A stretch of DNA of 64,000 nt from a bacterium (GCA_963669175.1 OY769902.1:2677586-2741585); one strand, 5' to 3'. Numbered from the stretch's first letter, positions 8,979-18,912 are shown. Notes: generated from the letters alone by a model not told the origin. A program made the numbers and translations.

Positions 8979-9533
8979 TCAGGACGTCAGGTGATCGACC
9001 AGAATTCGGACACCGATCAGGATGAGGATAATGCCGGCGCTGATCTCCAGCTTGCCAGACAGACGATTGGTGACAAAAGCCGCAGCACGCATGGAAACAG
9101 CCGTGAGCAGGGTGGTGGTGACGCCTATGATTGTGACGGCGAGCGGAATGCCGATGGTTGTGCCCGGAAGCGCCAATCCAGCACCCAGCGCATCGATGCT
9201 GACTGCAATGGAGAGGCCAATCATTCGCCAGCTACGAGTGAGGTCAACTTCGGAAGCGTGTTCGGTGTCGTCGTTACGGTTGAGGATCATGCGAACACCG
9301 AGAAAGGCCAGGACGCCAAACACCAGCCAATGATCCCAGGGGCCGATCCATTTCAGCAGTACCGTACCGGCCAACGCGCTGGCTAATGGGAATAGCGCCT
9401 GGAACAGACCGAAATGGAAGGAAATACGGAAAAGGGCACGTCCGCTACGGTAACGTAAGCCTAATGCACCACCTACCGCGGTGGCGTCCATCGCCAAAGC
9501 AAGGGATAAAACAAGTACTTCAACCAGCCCCAT
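8979..9533 (-). CDS. mntP: Manganese efflux pump MntP
   Basis: 184 aa, 6 TM segments. Blocks AMDATAVG, WDHWLVFGVLAFLGVRMI, SIDALGAGLAL and ISAGIILILIGVRIL align with E. coli MntP (SMDAFA, WNHWIAFVLLIFLGGRMI, SLDAMAVGVGLAFL, AEILGGLVLIGIGVQIL). Confidence 0.85.
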   Translation of the reverse strand: MGLVEVLVLSLALAMDATAVGGALGLRYRSGRALFRISFHFGLFQALFPLASALAGTVLLKWIGPWDHWLVFGVLAFLGVRMILNRNDDTEHASEVDLTRSWRMIGLSIAVSIDALGAGLALPGTTIGIPLAVTIIGVTTTLLTAVSMRAAAFVTNRLSGKLEISAGIILILIGVRILVDHLTS

Positions 9534-9726
9534 CAGGGTTCCTGTGTTTGCTTCGTATCAAACAGGCGATTCTTCTCTTATTATGACTCTTGATTACAAC
9601 ATTTCATCCAAAACGGAAACTATCGTATGCTGTAGTGCCTAAAAACTTGTTTCTCCGCTGTTTAGAATGCGTAAGATATCGACTTGAGTATTCCTTCTTA
9701 TGATCATTCAGCAATAACAAGCGATA

Positions 9727-9805
9727 AATCTGGTACAGTTACCTTTTCATCAAAGATATTTTCTATATCTTACATCTGTAATCATGAAAAGGTAACAGTA
9801 CCATT
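9727..9805. repeat. Inverted-repeat hairpin pair (CTGGTACAGTTACCTTTTCATC ... GATGAAAAGGTAACAGTACCAT), GGGNACAG...CCTTT family
   Basis: Arms are reverse complements separated by about 35 nt. Located downstream of recG (minus strand) and upstream of mntP. Confidence 0.6.
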
Positions 9806-9827
9806 TTTCGCGTGATTCCTGCCTGTT

Positions 9828-9912
9828 CGCAAGAAAAAGGGTACAGCCACCTTTCCCGAACCATATACACACCGGGACCACTTGATTCCAGGGAAAGGAA
9901 ACTGTCCCCTTT
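9828..9912. repeat. Inverted-repeat hairpin pair (AAAAAGGGTACAGCCACCTTTCCC ... GGAAAGGAAACTGTCCCCTTTTTCC); probable recG terminator read on the minus strand
   Basis: Arms are reverse-complementary. On the minus strand the distal arm is followed by a T-run. Same family as 4361-4443. Confidence 0.6.
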
Positions 9913-10023
9913 TTCCATATCCTCTTTCTATATCACCAATAGATCGATCGTTTGATACTATCATGACGGTTTATTTTCAAGAGTAGCTATATTTTATCCT
10001 AATTCCTAATTCCTAATTAAGCT

Positions 10024-12150
10024 CTATCCCACTTTGATCCATTGCATTTTGTCTTTCGCCATTTCCTGGAACGCTTCCCGGAGTTCCGGCCAGGTCCGCA
10101 GGGTGACATCTTTGTTGATCAGTTCGTCGGCAGCGTGGCGGGCGCGCATGAGGAGCTGCTGATCGTTGACGATATCCGCGAATTTCAGTTCCGGCATGCC
10201 ATGTTGACGTGTGCCGAAGACATCCCCGCTGCCACGCAGGCGCAGGTCTTCTTCCGCGATGACGAAGCCGTCGAGAGTATTGATCATCGTCTTGATACGT
10301 GAACGCGCTACTTCAGTTACCGGCGGATAGCCCACGAGGTAACAACGGCTGTCGTTGCCGCCACGTCCGACTCGTCCACGTAACTGGTGCAACTGCGACA
10401 GGCCGAACCGTTCCGAGTGCTCGATCACCATTTCCGTAGCTTCCGGCACATCCACGCCGACTTCTACTACCGTGGTCGATACCAGTGCCGCCGCCTGTCC
10501 TGAGGCAAACTTCTGCATGGCAGCTTCTTTCTCGTCCATCTTCATCCGGCCATGCAGCAATTCAACAGGCAGGCCTTTCAATGGTCCATTTATCAGTTCT
10601 TCACGTCCCTCGACAGCCGCTTGCAGATCCAACTTCTCCGATTCCTCAACGAGGGGGAAGATGATGTAGGCGCGTCCACCTTTTTCCAGGCGTTTGCGGA
10701 TACGGCGATACAAGTCATCACGTTGATTGTCGCCGTTGATGGCCTGCGTGGTGATCTTCCCGCGTCCCGGGGGCATCTCATCAAGCCTGCTGACCTCAAG
10801 ATCACCGTACATGGTCAACGCCAGCGAGCGTGGGATCGGGGTAGCGGTCATAACCAGGACATCCGGCTTCTGCTTCAGGCCGGGGTCCATCAGTTTCTGA
10901 CGTTGTGCTACTCCGAAACGGTGCTGTTCATCTATGACTGTCAGCCCGAGGTTGGGCAGGATGACCGAATCCTGGATAATGGCGTGAGTGCCGATCACGA
11001 TACATGGTTCCCCGGAATCGAGACGGGGCAGGATTTCTTTCCGTTCAGCCGCCTTGGTTGATCCGGTCAGAAGATAGACCTGAACGCCAAGCCCCTCAAG
11101 GAATTTTCGACTGGTCAGGTAATGCTGTTCCGCCAGGATTTCTGTGGGCGCCATAAGCGCTGCCTGATAACCGTTTTCCACGGCTATACTCATGGCTATC
11201 AGCGCTACAACCGTCTTCCCCGAACCAACATCGCCCTGTAACAGGCGGCTCATCGGATGGGGGGAGGTCATGTCATTCCAGATCTCACGCAATACCCGTT
11301 TCTGGGCATTGGTCAAGTCAAAAGGCAGCTTTTTGTTGATCAGGTCACGTGTCTGGTCGCCAACCTGCGGATAAGCGATGCCGGATTCTTTCTGCTTCCG
11401 TTTATACCGGGTATATCCCCACATGAGTTGCAGAAATACGAGTTCGTCAAACTTGAACCGTTCCAGTCCTTTTTCCAGCTCCTGCTGGTTGTGAGGACGA
11501 TGGACTGCGTTCAGCGCTTCACGTATTGGCATCAGGTTAAAACGGTTCAGCAATTCTGTAGACCACATCTCTGTAATGGAATTGCCGAACTCACCGATAA
11601 TACGTTCCATCAGTTTTCGCAGGCCGCGCGCATCCAGCCCGGCATTTTCGAACTCCTTGCCGCCTGGATAGAGCGCTACCCATCGTCCACTTCCGGATTT
11701 CAGATCTTCCGCTTCTCCTTTGGACAGGTATGTAACTTCCGGATGCGCCATTTGCAGCTCGAAACCGAACTGCTTGACCACTCCGGAAAATGCAGCGGTA
11801 TAGCCGAATTTGATCCATTTTTTTATCTGGTTGGTACGTCGGAACCAGACCAGCTTGATAGCGCCGCCGCTGCCGTCTTCCAGGATGGCTTCGTACCGGG
11901 TTTTGCCTTTGGCTTTAACTTCTCGCGTGTCGGCAATGGTGCCGATAACCGTGATCTCGCCATTGGATGGCCCCTGCAGGGAGTTGAGCTGGGTTGTATG
12001 AGTACGATCCAGGTAACGACGCGGGAAGAAGAGGAGAAGATCCCGAAGAGTGCGTACCCCGGCCTTTTCGAACGGCACCGCTTTTTTTACCCCGATGCTC
12101 CGTACGAATCGTACCGATAAATTCAATGGCGCTGCTTTTTGACTACTCAA
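10024..12150 (-). CDS. recG: ATP-dependent DNA helicase RecG
   Basis: 708 aa. Walker A GDVGSGKT, DEQHRFGV (DEAH-like), TATPIPRSL, and C-terminal helicase motifs QLHQLRGRVGRG. N-terminal wedge domain of RecG length. Confidence 0.9.
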   Translation of the reverse strand: MSSQKAAPLNLSVRFVRSIGVKKAVPFEKAGVRTLRDLLLFFPRRYLDRTHTTQLNSLQGPSNGEITVIGTIADTREVKAKGKTRYEAILEDGSGGAIKLVWFRRTNQIKKWIKFGYTAAFSGVVKQFGFELQMAHPEVTYLSKGEAEDLKSGSGRWVALYPGGKEFENAGLDARGLRKLMERIIGEFGNSITEMWSTELLNRFNLMPIREALNAVHRPHNQQELEKGLERFKFDELVFLQLMWGYTRYKRKQKESGIAYPQVGDQTRDLINKKLPFDLTNAQKRVLREIWNDMTSPHPMSRLLQGDVGSGKTVVALIAMSIAVENGYQAALMAPTEILAEQHYLTSRKFLEGLGVQVYLLTGSTKAAERKEILPRLDSGEPCIVIGTHAIIQDSVILPNLGLTVIDEQHRFGVAQRQKLMDPGLKQKPDVLVMTATPIPRSLALTMYGDLEVSRLDEMPPGRGKITTQAINGDNQRDDLYRRIRKRLEKGGRAYIIFPLVEESEKLDLQAAVEGREELINGPLKGLPVELLHGRMKMDEKEAAMQKFASGQAAALVSTTVVEVGVDVPEATEMVIEHSERFGLSQLHQLRGRVGRGGNDSRCYLVGYPPVTEVARSRIKTMINTLDGFVIAEEDLRLRGSGDVFGTRQHGMPELKFADIVNDQQLLMRARHAADELINKDVTLRTWPELREAFQEMAKDKMQWIKVG

Positions 12151-12219
12151 CGGCTTTCTGTCCTCTCACTCATGCTACTAACCAAGTATTTTGCCCGTCT
12201 GCCAGCCAGCCGGGTATCG

Positions 12220-12244
12220 TCATTCCCGCGAAGGCGGGAATCTA
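12220..12244. repeat. Hairpin TCATTCCCGC-GAAG-GCGGGAATCTA (ATTCCC-N8-GGGAAT type), about 70 nt upstream of the recG start
   Basis: Perfect 8-bp stem with a GAAG loop. Related copies at 16841-16866 and 16959-16981. Confidence 0.7.
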
Positions 12245-12315
12245 CTCCCTTTGAATTACAGAGTAATACTTGTTGCAACGTACAGTTCGTCTTCACTGGA
12301 AAAAGTGTTAGTCTC

Positions 12316-13668
12316 TTACCAGGCCTTTACCCGGTATTTCAACATGATTTCGCCATCTGCAGGAACCGGGACATTCCATTTGTAGGTACGGGAATCGGTT
12401 TTCCGGCCCTTGATGGATTCATTTTCTATGGACCAATTGGCATAATTGTGTTCAACCACGACAATAGTCACGGCTTCCTTCTTATGGTTGCGCAACGACA
12501 ATTCCACTTCGTACTCGTAAACATTGCCGCGACGCACTTCATTGGTGACAACACGTTCGGCAACGAGGTCAAACGCTTTCCCGGTGACAAGTTGGATATC
12601 CTCATCACGTGGAGTATGGTCGATATTGTCCTCACCGATGAATTCAAGGTTACCGTCGGAATCACGCTTCATCAAACGAACCAGTCCCTTGGGCAGAGGC
12701 AGGCCAAGCCCGTTTTCTTCCGAGTTCGTGAATTCCATGCTTACTGTGATCTTGGTCTGATCAACGCGGTTGTCGTAAGTGAAAACCTTTTTCGCTGGCG
12801 TACTTGCCGGCTCGAACAGGCTGATCTGCTTCTGTTGATTGTGTTTGATCGTAACAGGGCGTGGCAGGGTATAGAGGTGGTATTCGAAGAATTCCTTCTC
12901 TGCGAACCCCTCATCCAGGGCAAAAAAGTCTACCGTATTGGCCTCCATGTAGCCACCTGCTTTACGCCCACGCACTTGTTGCAATACCTGCACATCACCA
13001 GCCATCAGTTTCAGCCTGGCGTTTTCATATGTAGCGCCGGAACGGTTGTCCATCTGAACCCAACCGGCCAGATCAATCGCGTCATCGTTGGCGGAGATCA
13101 CGGCCACATAGCTTGCATTCCAGGAAATACCACGAGTAATGTAGGACAGATCGGCTTCCATCTTACCGGCCTTGTTCGCCACCAGTAACCAGCGCAAGGT
13201 CGGTTTGAGCATGAGACCATCCGGCAAGGCGGGAAAATCAATACTGGTGATGGAAGCGTGGGTGATGGAACGGATGCGTCCGTCTTTCTCTTCCACGATT
13301 ACCGGAGGACCGGCGCTGAGCAAACGTCCACGCACCAGGCCGCCCTGTTCAACCAGTTGAATCTCAATCTGTTCACCGATGTACTTGCTCATCAGGGCCG
13401 TATTGTCGACCAGGTCGTACTCGTAGTTCTGCTCGAGAATCTTCAGCCCTTTACCTTTTAGCAGAACCGAGGTTGGATCAATCTGGCTGGCTACACCGTC
13501 GTATGAGAATTCCTGCACGCCCTTTTCCAGGTCCAGGGTGCGTTTCTGACGTACCAGCGCCATGCCCTGGTTGTATACGGTAATAGCCGTGGTCGGCTCT
13601 TCGGCCAGTGCAACAACGGCAAGACAAAGCAGGATAGCAGAAGTCACCAAAGTTTTTGGATGTTTCAT
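12316..13668 (-). CDS. Secreted DUF4139/DUF4140-family protein (mucoidy-inhibitor MuiA-like)
   Basis: Signal peptide MKHPKTLVTSAILLCLAVVALA after RBS ggagg. N-terminal TVYNQGMALVRQKRTLDLEKGVQEFSYDGVASQIDPTSV resembles the DUF4140 start. About 450 aa, typical for the family. Start moved to an internal Met at 13668. Confidence 0.6.
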   Translation of the reverse strand: MKHPKTLVTSAILLCLAVVALAEEPTTAITVYNQGMALVRQKRTLDLEKGVQEFSYDGVASQIDPTSVLLKGKGLKILEQNYEYDLVDNTALMSKYIGEQIEIQLVEQGGLVRGRLLSAGPPVIVEEKDGRIRSITHASITSIDFPALPDGLMLKPTLRWLLVANKAGKMEADLSYITRGISWNASYVAVISANDDAIDLAGWVQMDNRSGATYENARLKLMAGDVQVLQQVRGRKAGGYMEANTVDFFALDEGFAEKEFFEYHLYTLPRPVTIKHNQQKQISLFEPASTPAKKVFTYDNRVDQTKITVSMEFTNSEENGLGLPLPKGLVRLMKRDSDGNLEFIGEDNIDHTPRDEDIQLVTGKAFDLVAERVVTNEVRRGNVYEYEVELSLRNHKKEAVTIVVVEHNYANWSIENESIKGRKTDSRTYKWNVPVPADGEIMLKYRVKAW

Positions 13669-13910
13669 CAGTTCCTCCCGAGTAGTTGGCAAATCACTGC
13701 AAACAGTACCGGCTCGATTTGTAAACATCAATCTGCACAAGACAAAGCAGGATGGTATTAAAATAACCATCCTGAGTATCCTTTACATCCTTTGCATCCT
13801 GTAAATTCAAATTTTACAAGTCGGGACTCAGACCCGATTGAATAGACCGAGAACTTGCTTCCGGTTCTTACAATGCGAGAAAAAACAACTTCTCTTGACA
13901 AGCATTTTGC

Positions 13911-13983
13911 TGAAACCCGACAGCAAGCAGTCGGGCCAAGCGAATTTCATTGTATTGAAACCCGACAGCAAGCAGTCGGGCCA
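13911..13983. repeat. Two direct copies of a 28-nt REP-like element TGAAACCCGACAGCAAGCAGTCGGGCCA (13911-13938, 13956-13983)
   Basis: Each copy contains the hairpin CCCGAC-agcaagca-GTCGGG. The same element is present twice at 19112-19177. Confidence 0.85.
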
Positions 13984-14038
13984 CACAATGTCTTATCCTG
14001 TAAATTCTGAATCAATCCTGTTCATCTTGTGAATCGAT

Positions 14039-16753
14039 TTACCCCAGGTCGGCCAGGTGCGCTTCCAGTTTCTTGACCTTGGCTTCGAAGTCAGCCAGTT
14101 TGTCACGTTCGTGCTGAACCACATCAGCCGGGGCGTTGTTCACGAATTTCTCGTTCTTCAGTTTCCCGGTGATGCCTTTCAGCAGGCCCTTCAATTTGCC
14201 GATTTCCTTTTCGACACGAGCTTTTTCCGCGTCAAGGTCGATCAGGCCCGCGAGGGGGACATACAGCTCACGTCCCTCGACAACCGTGGTCGCGGACTGA
14301 GAAGGTTTCGAATCGGTAACTTCCGGCCCTTCGCCCTGGAGTTTTGCCAACCTGCTGATCATCTGCCATTCACGTTCGATCAGGGCCAGTCTCGGCTCAC
14401 CATTATTCACGGCAATACGAGCGTCCTTGGAAGGCGGCACCTGCAATTCACCGCGTACGTTCCGTACCGCGCTGATCAGCTCCTGCACATAGCCGAATTC
14501 TTCCACAGCGACTCGGTCGGTTCCGGACTCATCAAATACCGGATAAGCAGCTACTGCCACCGATTCGCTGCGATCTTCCGGCCAGTTCACACCTTCCACC
14601 TGTACCAGCAGGCTATAGATCTCTTCCGTGATATAGGGCATGAAAGGATGAAGCAGACGGACAATTTTATCCATCATGCCATAGGCGAAACGCAGCGTAG
14701 CGTCGCCCTGTTCGGCATCGGGGGAATCCTGGGCAATACGTGGCTTGATTGCTTCTATGTACCAGTCACAGAAATCGTTCCAGGTGAACCGGTAGATCGC
14801 CAGCAGCGCTTCATTCAGTTTGTATTTCTTCAAATATTTCCGAACATCATCAGCAGTCTGATTAAAGCGTCCTTCGATCCATTTATCCACGAGCTGCGGC
14901 TGGAACTCAGCGAATTTCTCCGGATTCCGGAAATTGTAGGTCGCCAGGAAACGGAACGAATTCCACAGCTTGTTGGCGAAGTTACGGCCCATCTCAAAGC
15001 GGGTCGGGTCGAGGTTAATGTCCTGACCTTCTGTGGTCAGCACGACCAGGCTGTAACGGACAGCATCGGCGCCGTACTGGTCAATCATTTCCAGAGGATC
15101 AATGCCGTTACCCAGGGATTTGGACATCCAGCGGCCCTGCTTATCCTTGATCATACCGGTGATGTACACGGTGTCGTATGGGATCTGGCCGGTGAAATGC
15201 AGGTCAGCCATGATCATCCGCGCGATCCAGAAGAAGATGATGTCGTAGCCGCTGACCAGTACGTTGGTCGGGTGATAGAAGTCCAGCTCCTTGGTCTTGT
15301 CCGGCCAGCCCAGGGTAGAGAAGGGCCACAACCAGCTCGAGAACCAGGTATCCAGCACGTCCTCATCCTGACGGATACGTTCGCTGCCGCACTTTTCGCA
15401 TTTGGTTGGATCTTCACGGTTGACCGTTACATGGTCACAATCCGCGCAATACCATGCCGGGATACGGTGACCCCACCAGAGCTGACGGCTGATGCACCAG
15501 TCCCGGATATTTTCCAACCACTGGTAGTAGACCTTCTCCCAGCGTGGTGGAACAAACTTGATCTCGCCGTTACGGACCACATCCAGGGCCGGATCGGCGA
15601 GTGGTTTCATCTTCAGGAACCACTGGGTTGACAGATAAGGCTCAATCGGCACCTTGCTACGGTTGCAATAGCCGACCGCGTGCATATGCTTCTCGATTTT
15701 GACCAGCAAGCCCGCTTCCTCGAGGTCTTTAACGATAGCGTCACGCGCTTCGAAACGGTCCATCCCGATGTATTTATCCGGCGCTGGCGCACAGATCTTT
15801 GCCGATGTATCCAGGATGATCGGCATGGGCAGGTTGTGGCGTTTGCCCACTTCGAAGTCATTGGGATCATGCGCCGGGGTAACCTTCACACATCCGGTCC
15901 CGAATTCACGGTCCACATAATCATCTTCAATTACGGGAATGGTGCGTCCGGTCAGGGGTAATTGCACTTCCTTACCCTTGAGATGAGTGTAGCGTTCATC
16001 TTCCGGATGAATCATTACCGCGGTGTCGCCCAGCATCGTTTCCGGACGTGTGGTAGCGACAACAACCCCTTCGCTGCCGTCAACACCGGGATAACGGATG
16101 TGCCAGAGATGGCCTTCTTCGTCCTTGTGATCCACCTCTTCATCGCTGATCGCCGATTGCAAGGCAGGGGACCAGTTCACGATATACGGACCACGATAAA
16201 CAAGGCCTTCTTCGTAGAGCTTAACGAACACTTCACGAACCGCCTTGGACAGGCCGTCATCGAGGGTGAAGCGTTCACGGCTCCAGTCCGCGGAGTCCCC
16301 AAGCGCCGCCTTCTGGCGGGTGATGGTGTCACGGTTACGCGCGACAACTTTCCAGACTTCTTCGACAAACTTTTCCCGTCCCAGTTCGGCGCGAGTCGGC
16401 ATGCCGTTCTTCTTCAGCTCTTTCTCGGTCACGGTCTGGGTGGCGATGCCGGCGTGATCCTTGCCTGCCTGCCAGTGAGATTCGAAGCCCATCATGCGAT
16501 GATAGCGAATCAAAGCGTCCTGGATAGAGTCCTGAAGGGCGTGCCCCATGTGCAATACGCCCGTCACATTTGGCGGCGGCATCATGATGCAATAGGATTT
16601 TTTGTCCGGATTCGGCTGTGTATCAAACAGGTGGTTTTCCTGCCACCATTCGGTCCACTTGGGCTCGACCTGCTTGGGGTCGTATAACTTCGGGATGTCC
16701 ACGGTTGTCTGCTCCAAATACTTCGGATTTACGGATTTCAGGTTTAAAAACAA
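14039..16753 (-). CDS. valS: Valine--tRNA ligase
   Basis: 904 aa. Class-I HIGH motif (PPPNVTGVLHMGHAL), KMSKSLGN, and a C-terminal coiled-coil tail. Confidence 0.95.
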   Translation of the reverse strand: MFLNLKSVNPKYLEQTTVDIPKLYDPKQVEPKWTEWWQENHLFDTQPNPDKKSYCIMMPPPNVTGVLHMGHALQDSIQDALIRYHRMMGFESHWQAGKDHAGIATQTVTEKELKKNGMPTRAELGREKFVEEVWKVVARNRDTITRQKAALGDSADWSRERFTLDDGLSKAVREVFVKLYEEGLVYRGPYIVNWSPALQSAISDEEVDHKDEEGHLWHIRYPGVDGSEGVVVATTRPETMLGDTAVMIHPEDERYTHLKGKEVQLPLTGRTIPVIEDDYVDREFGTGCVKVTPAHDPNDFEVGKRHNLPMPIILDTSAKICAPAPDKYIGMDRFEARDAIVKDLEEAGLLVKIEKHMHAVGYCNRSKVPIEPYLSTQWFLKMKPLADPALDVVRNGEIKFVPPRWEKVYYQWLENIRDWCISRQLWWGHRIPAWYCADCDHVTVNREDPTKCEKCGSERIRQDEDVLDTWFSSWLWPFSTLGWPDKTKELDFYHPTNVLVSGYDIIFFWIARMIMADLHFTGQIPYDTVYITGMIKDKQGRWMSKSLGNGIDPLEMIDQYGADAVRYSLVVLTTEGQDINLDPTRFEMGRNFANKLWNSFRFLATYNFRNPEKFAEFQPQLVDKWIEGRFNQTADDVRKYLKKYKLNEALLAIYRFTWNDFCDWYIEAIKPRIAQDSPDAEQGDATLRFAYGMMDKIVRLLHPFMPYITEEIYSLLVQVEGVNWPEDRSESVAVAAYPVFDESGTDRVAVEEFGYVQELISAVRNVRGELQVPPSKDARIAVNNGEPRLALIEREWQMISRLAKLQGEGPEVTDSKPSQSATTVVEGRELYVPLAGLIDLDAEKARVEKEIGKLKGLLKGITGKLKNEKFVNNAPADVVQHERDKLADFEAKVKKLEAHLADLG

Positions 16754-16840
16754 GTTGTCACCACTTCAGCTCAAAGAGTTACACTGAACCGAAATACTCT
16801 TATCCCAGCGAAGCAAGGTGCCTCAGAATCACTGATACTC

Positions 16841-16866
16841 TCATCCCAGCGAAGGCTGGGATCCAG
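16841..16866. repeat. Hairpin TCATCCCAGC-GAAG-GCTGGGATCCAG about 90 nt upstream of valS; degenerate copy at 16797-16822
   Basis: 8-bp stem with a GAAG loop. Same architecture as 12220-12244. Confidence 0.7.
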
Positions 16867-16958
16867 GCAAGTATCTATGTGTGAAAGAGAAGAACCTTTC
16901 TACATCACACAATGCGACGTGCAGAAATTCCCGCTTGTACGAATGTCGCAAGATGACT

Positions 16959-16981
16959 GGATTCCTGCCTGCGCAGGAATG
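16959..16981. repeat. Hairpin GGATTCCTGC-CTGC-GCAGGAATG (ATTCC-N8-GGAAT type)
   Basis: 8-bp perfect stem. Third member of the family in the valS/recG upstream regions. Confidence 0.65.
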
Positions 16982-17335
16982 AGAGTGTTATTGAGTCTGA
17001 GTAATCTTGAGAATCGTACATCACTTTCCATAAAGCTGCAATCCTCTGGTCACTCGTAACGTAAAACTCTCAAGACTTGGAAGATACAAAAGAAGTAAGG
17101 GAGGGAACAGACCTGATTTCAGAGGGAGACGAGGAGGTAGATGCTGTATTTCCAAAACAGTAGGGTGAATTCACAAGATGAACAGGCCAGGTAATGATAA
17201 ACAACCGGTCAGCGCATGAGTAGGTCTACCTGCACAGGATGCCAGTTACAGGAAAGGTATCAGGAGAACGATTGTGAAAAGGAGCCAACTAATTCTACGA
17301 GCCCAATGCACTGGGATTTACCCGTTAGCGGGCGA

Positions 17336-18145
17336 CTAAAACGATACCACACTGCCAAAACTGATTGCCGGATAAATCTTTTCATTCATGAGCACCAGCA
17401 TGAGTTCTGGATGAATGTTTCCCCATCGGTAGCCGAAACTCAACGAGGGAATAATCGTGAATCTCTGGTCCGTGGCTTTCACTTCTATGCCATTGATTAT
17501 TCGTGGAGTCGCTGATTGCGCCGTGACGTTGTAGTCAAGGAAATACACGGATGGTGTAAATGTAAACCACTGGTTTTCCCTTGTTTTGGAACTGATTGGG
17601 ATGACCAGCTCATAGCCAAGAATGGAGGATGTGGATTCCAGATCCGGATCATTTATCATTGAGGATCTGAAAGTTTCAGTTTGATCGCTGAAGGAATACC
17701 CTACTCCCGGCATGACGCTCATCTGGGTGGGATTCTCCTTTTCGCTTACGCAGTATTTCAGATGGACAGACCCGCCATAACTGCGCCCGAGCACGGCCCG
17801 TCCGGCAAAACCATGCAGACGGATGTCCATCCTGTCTAACACGCCCAGGCTGAAACCGCCGCCAAAACTGGTCCCGTAAAAAGAAAACGACTTGCATTCA
17901 ATACCGGTAAGAGTATCGTCTTCAAGGCTGTAAAAGGATGTAATGTTGTTCATTGTGTAACTCAGGCCGGCATTGCCATGAAAAGCGACGTGCCATTGCC
18001 CCTCCGTCGAACCCAGTTCATGGTGAGCCATTTCGTAGGTGGCGGCGGAAGTGATACGTGGGGTCTCAAGAATACTGCTACAGGAAGTAAAAAGCGCCAT
18101 TACAAGTAGCAAGACAAGGATTCTATACAGGCATTTTATCCGCAT
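17336..18145 (-). CDS. Putative outer-membrane beta-barrel lipoprotein
   Basis: Lipoprotein signal (LLLVMALFTSCSS), alternating amphipathic beta-strand pattern, C-terminal ...SFGSVVSF ending in Phe as in OMP beta-barrels. Confidence 0.5.
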   Translation of the reverse strand: MRIKCLYRILVLLLVMALFTSCSSILETPRITSAATYEMAHHELGSTEGQWHVAFHGNAGLSYTMNNITSFYSLEDDTLTGIECKSFSFYGTSFGGGFSLGVLDRMDIRLHGFAGRAVLGRSYGGSVHLKYCVSEKENPTQMSVMPGVGYSFSDQTETFRSSMINDPDLESTSSILGYELVIPISSKTRENQWFTFTPSVYFLDYNVTAQSATPRIINGIEVKATDQRFTIIPSLSFGYRWGNIHPELMLVLMNEKIYPAISFGSVVSF

Positions 18146-18306
18146 CGGTGATCTCAGTGGGTAAGGTTGACGAAAGAACCTGAGTATCGTGCCAGCGCTA
18201 ACAATAAACTGTTACGGAAAGTGGGGGAAAGTCAAGTCATGCTATCGAAGCTTATCAAAATATCAGCGTAGATTAGCATCCGATAGTATCTCATTTTTGA
18301 GTTTTA

Positions 18307-18912
18307 TTATGACTTTCCCATATTCTCGATGACTTTACGAAGTCCCACAAAGTCGGTCTTGCATGGTTTCAGCGAAAGCAGGCTACTTAGAGTAATGGTT
18401 TTCTGGTCAGGAATTTTATCGTTGAGCACACTTGTCGGAAGAATATAAAAATCCCACTGGTCAAGGTCCAACGGATTGATTTTGTCTTGATCCCTGGTTT
18501 TCAAGACACAGAAGATATACACGTCTGCATATCGTTTCAGTTCACCCGGATATTCGTTGGTTTCTGCGATCCATCCCCATGTCCTTGGAATACCGAATTT
18601 AATAATCGAATAGTCTTTCTGTGACCAGGATTGGATGTAAGACGCTGATTTGACTTCGATTTTGATCCCCGATTCTGTTCTCAGGTCATAAGCGTCCCAT
18701 TCCTGCCTTGTCCCGCCGGTTTGTCCAATTGCCATTGCAACGATGTATTCAGCCAAGACACCACGTAAGGCATTACCAACCAGGTCCGATGATGACCATT
18801 GCCAGAAAGACACCAGGTTCTGGTCCAAGGAATTTCCATCAACCACAAAGGATTCAGAACCAGATTTCTGGGTGATATTCAATGCCCCCAGATGGTTTTT
18901 GAGATTGGTCAT
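18307..18912 (-). CDS. Hypothetical protein with PD-(D/E)xK nuclease-like motif, in a low-GC islet
   Basis: 201 aa with no signal peptide. Motif ...AEYIVAMAIG...AYDLRTESGIKIEVKSASY has D ... E-V-K spacing typical of the restriction-endonuclease fold. Local GC is about 45 %, against about 55 % in flanking genes. Confidence 0.4.
   Translation of the reverse strand: MTNLKNHLGALNITQKSGSESFVVDGNSLDQNLVSFWQWSSSDLVGNALRGVLAEYIVAMAIGQTGGTRQEWDAYDLRTESGIKIEVKSASYIQSWSQKDYSIIKFGIPRTWGWIAETNEYPGELKRYADVYIFCVLKTRDQDKINPLDLDQWDFYILPTSVLNDKIPDQKTITLSSLLSLKPCKTDFVGLRKVIENMGKS

Noticed and set aside
9534-9726. Calling a yybP-ykoY Mn riboswitch as a feature
   Set aside because: The conserved GGGGAGUAG-type loop sequences could not be found by eye. 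Kept only as a hypothesis in the findings.
12139-13188. 349-aa plus-strand ORF antisense to the DUF4139 gene, with similar large antisense ORFs inside valS (14057-15631), glnD (21399-22001), accC (27962-28993), gcvPA (30754-31743), gyrA (48137-49252), rSAM (42329-42970) and gltA (61228-62307)
   Set aside because: All lie fully within well-supported genes on the opposite strand and lack motifs. Typical high-GC antisense open frames.
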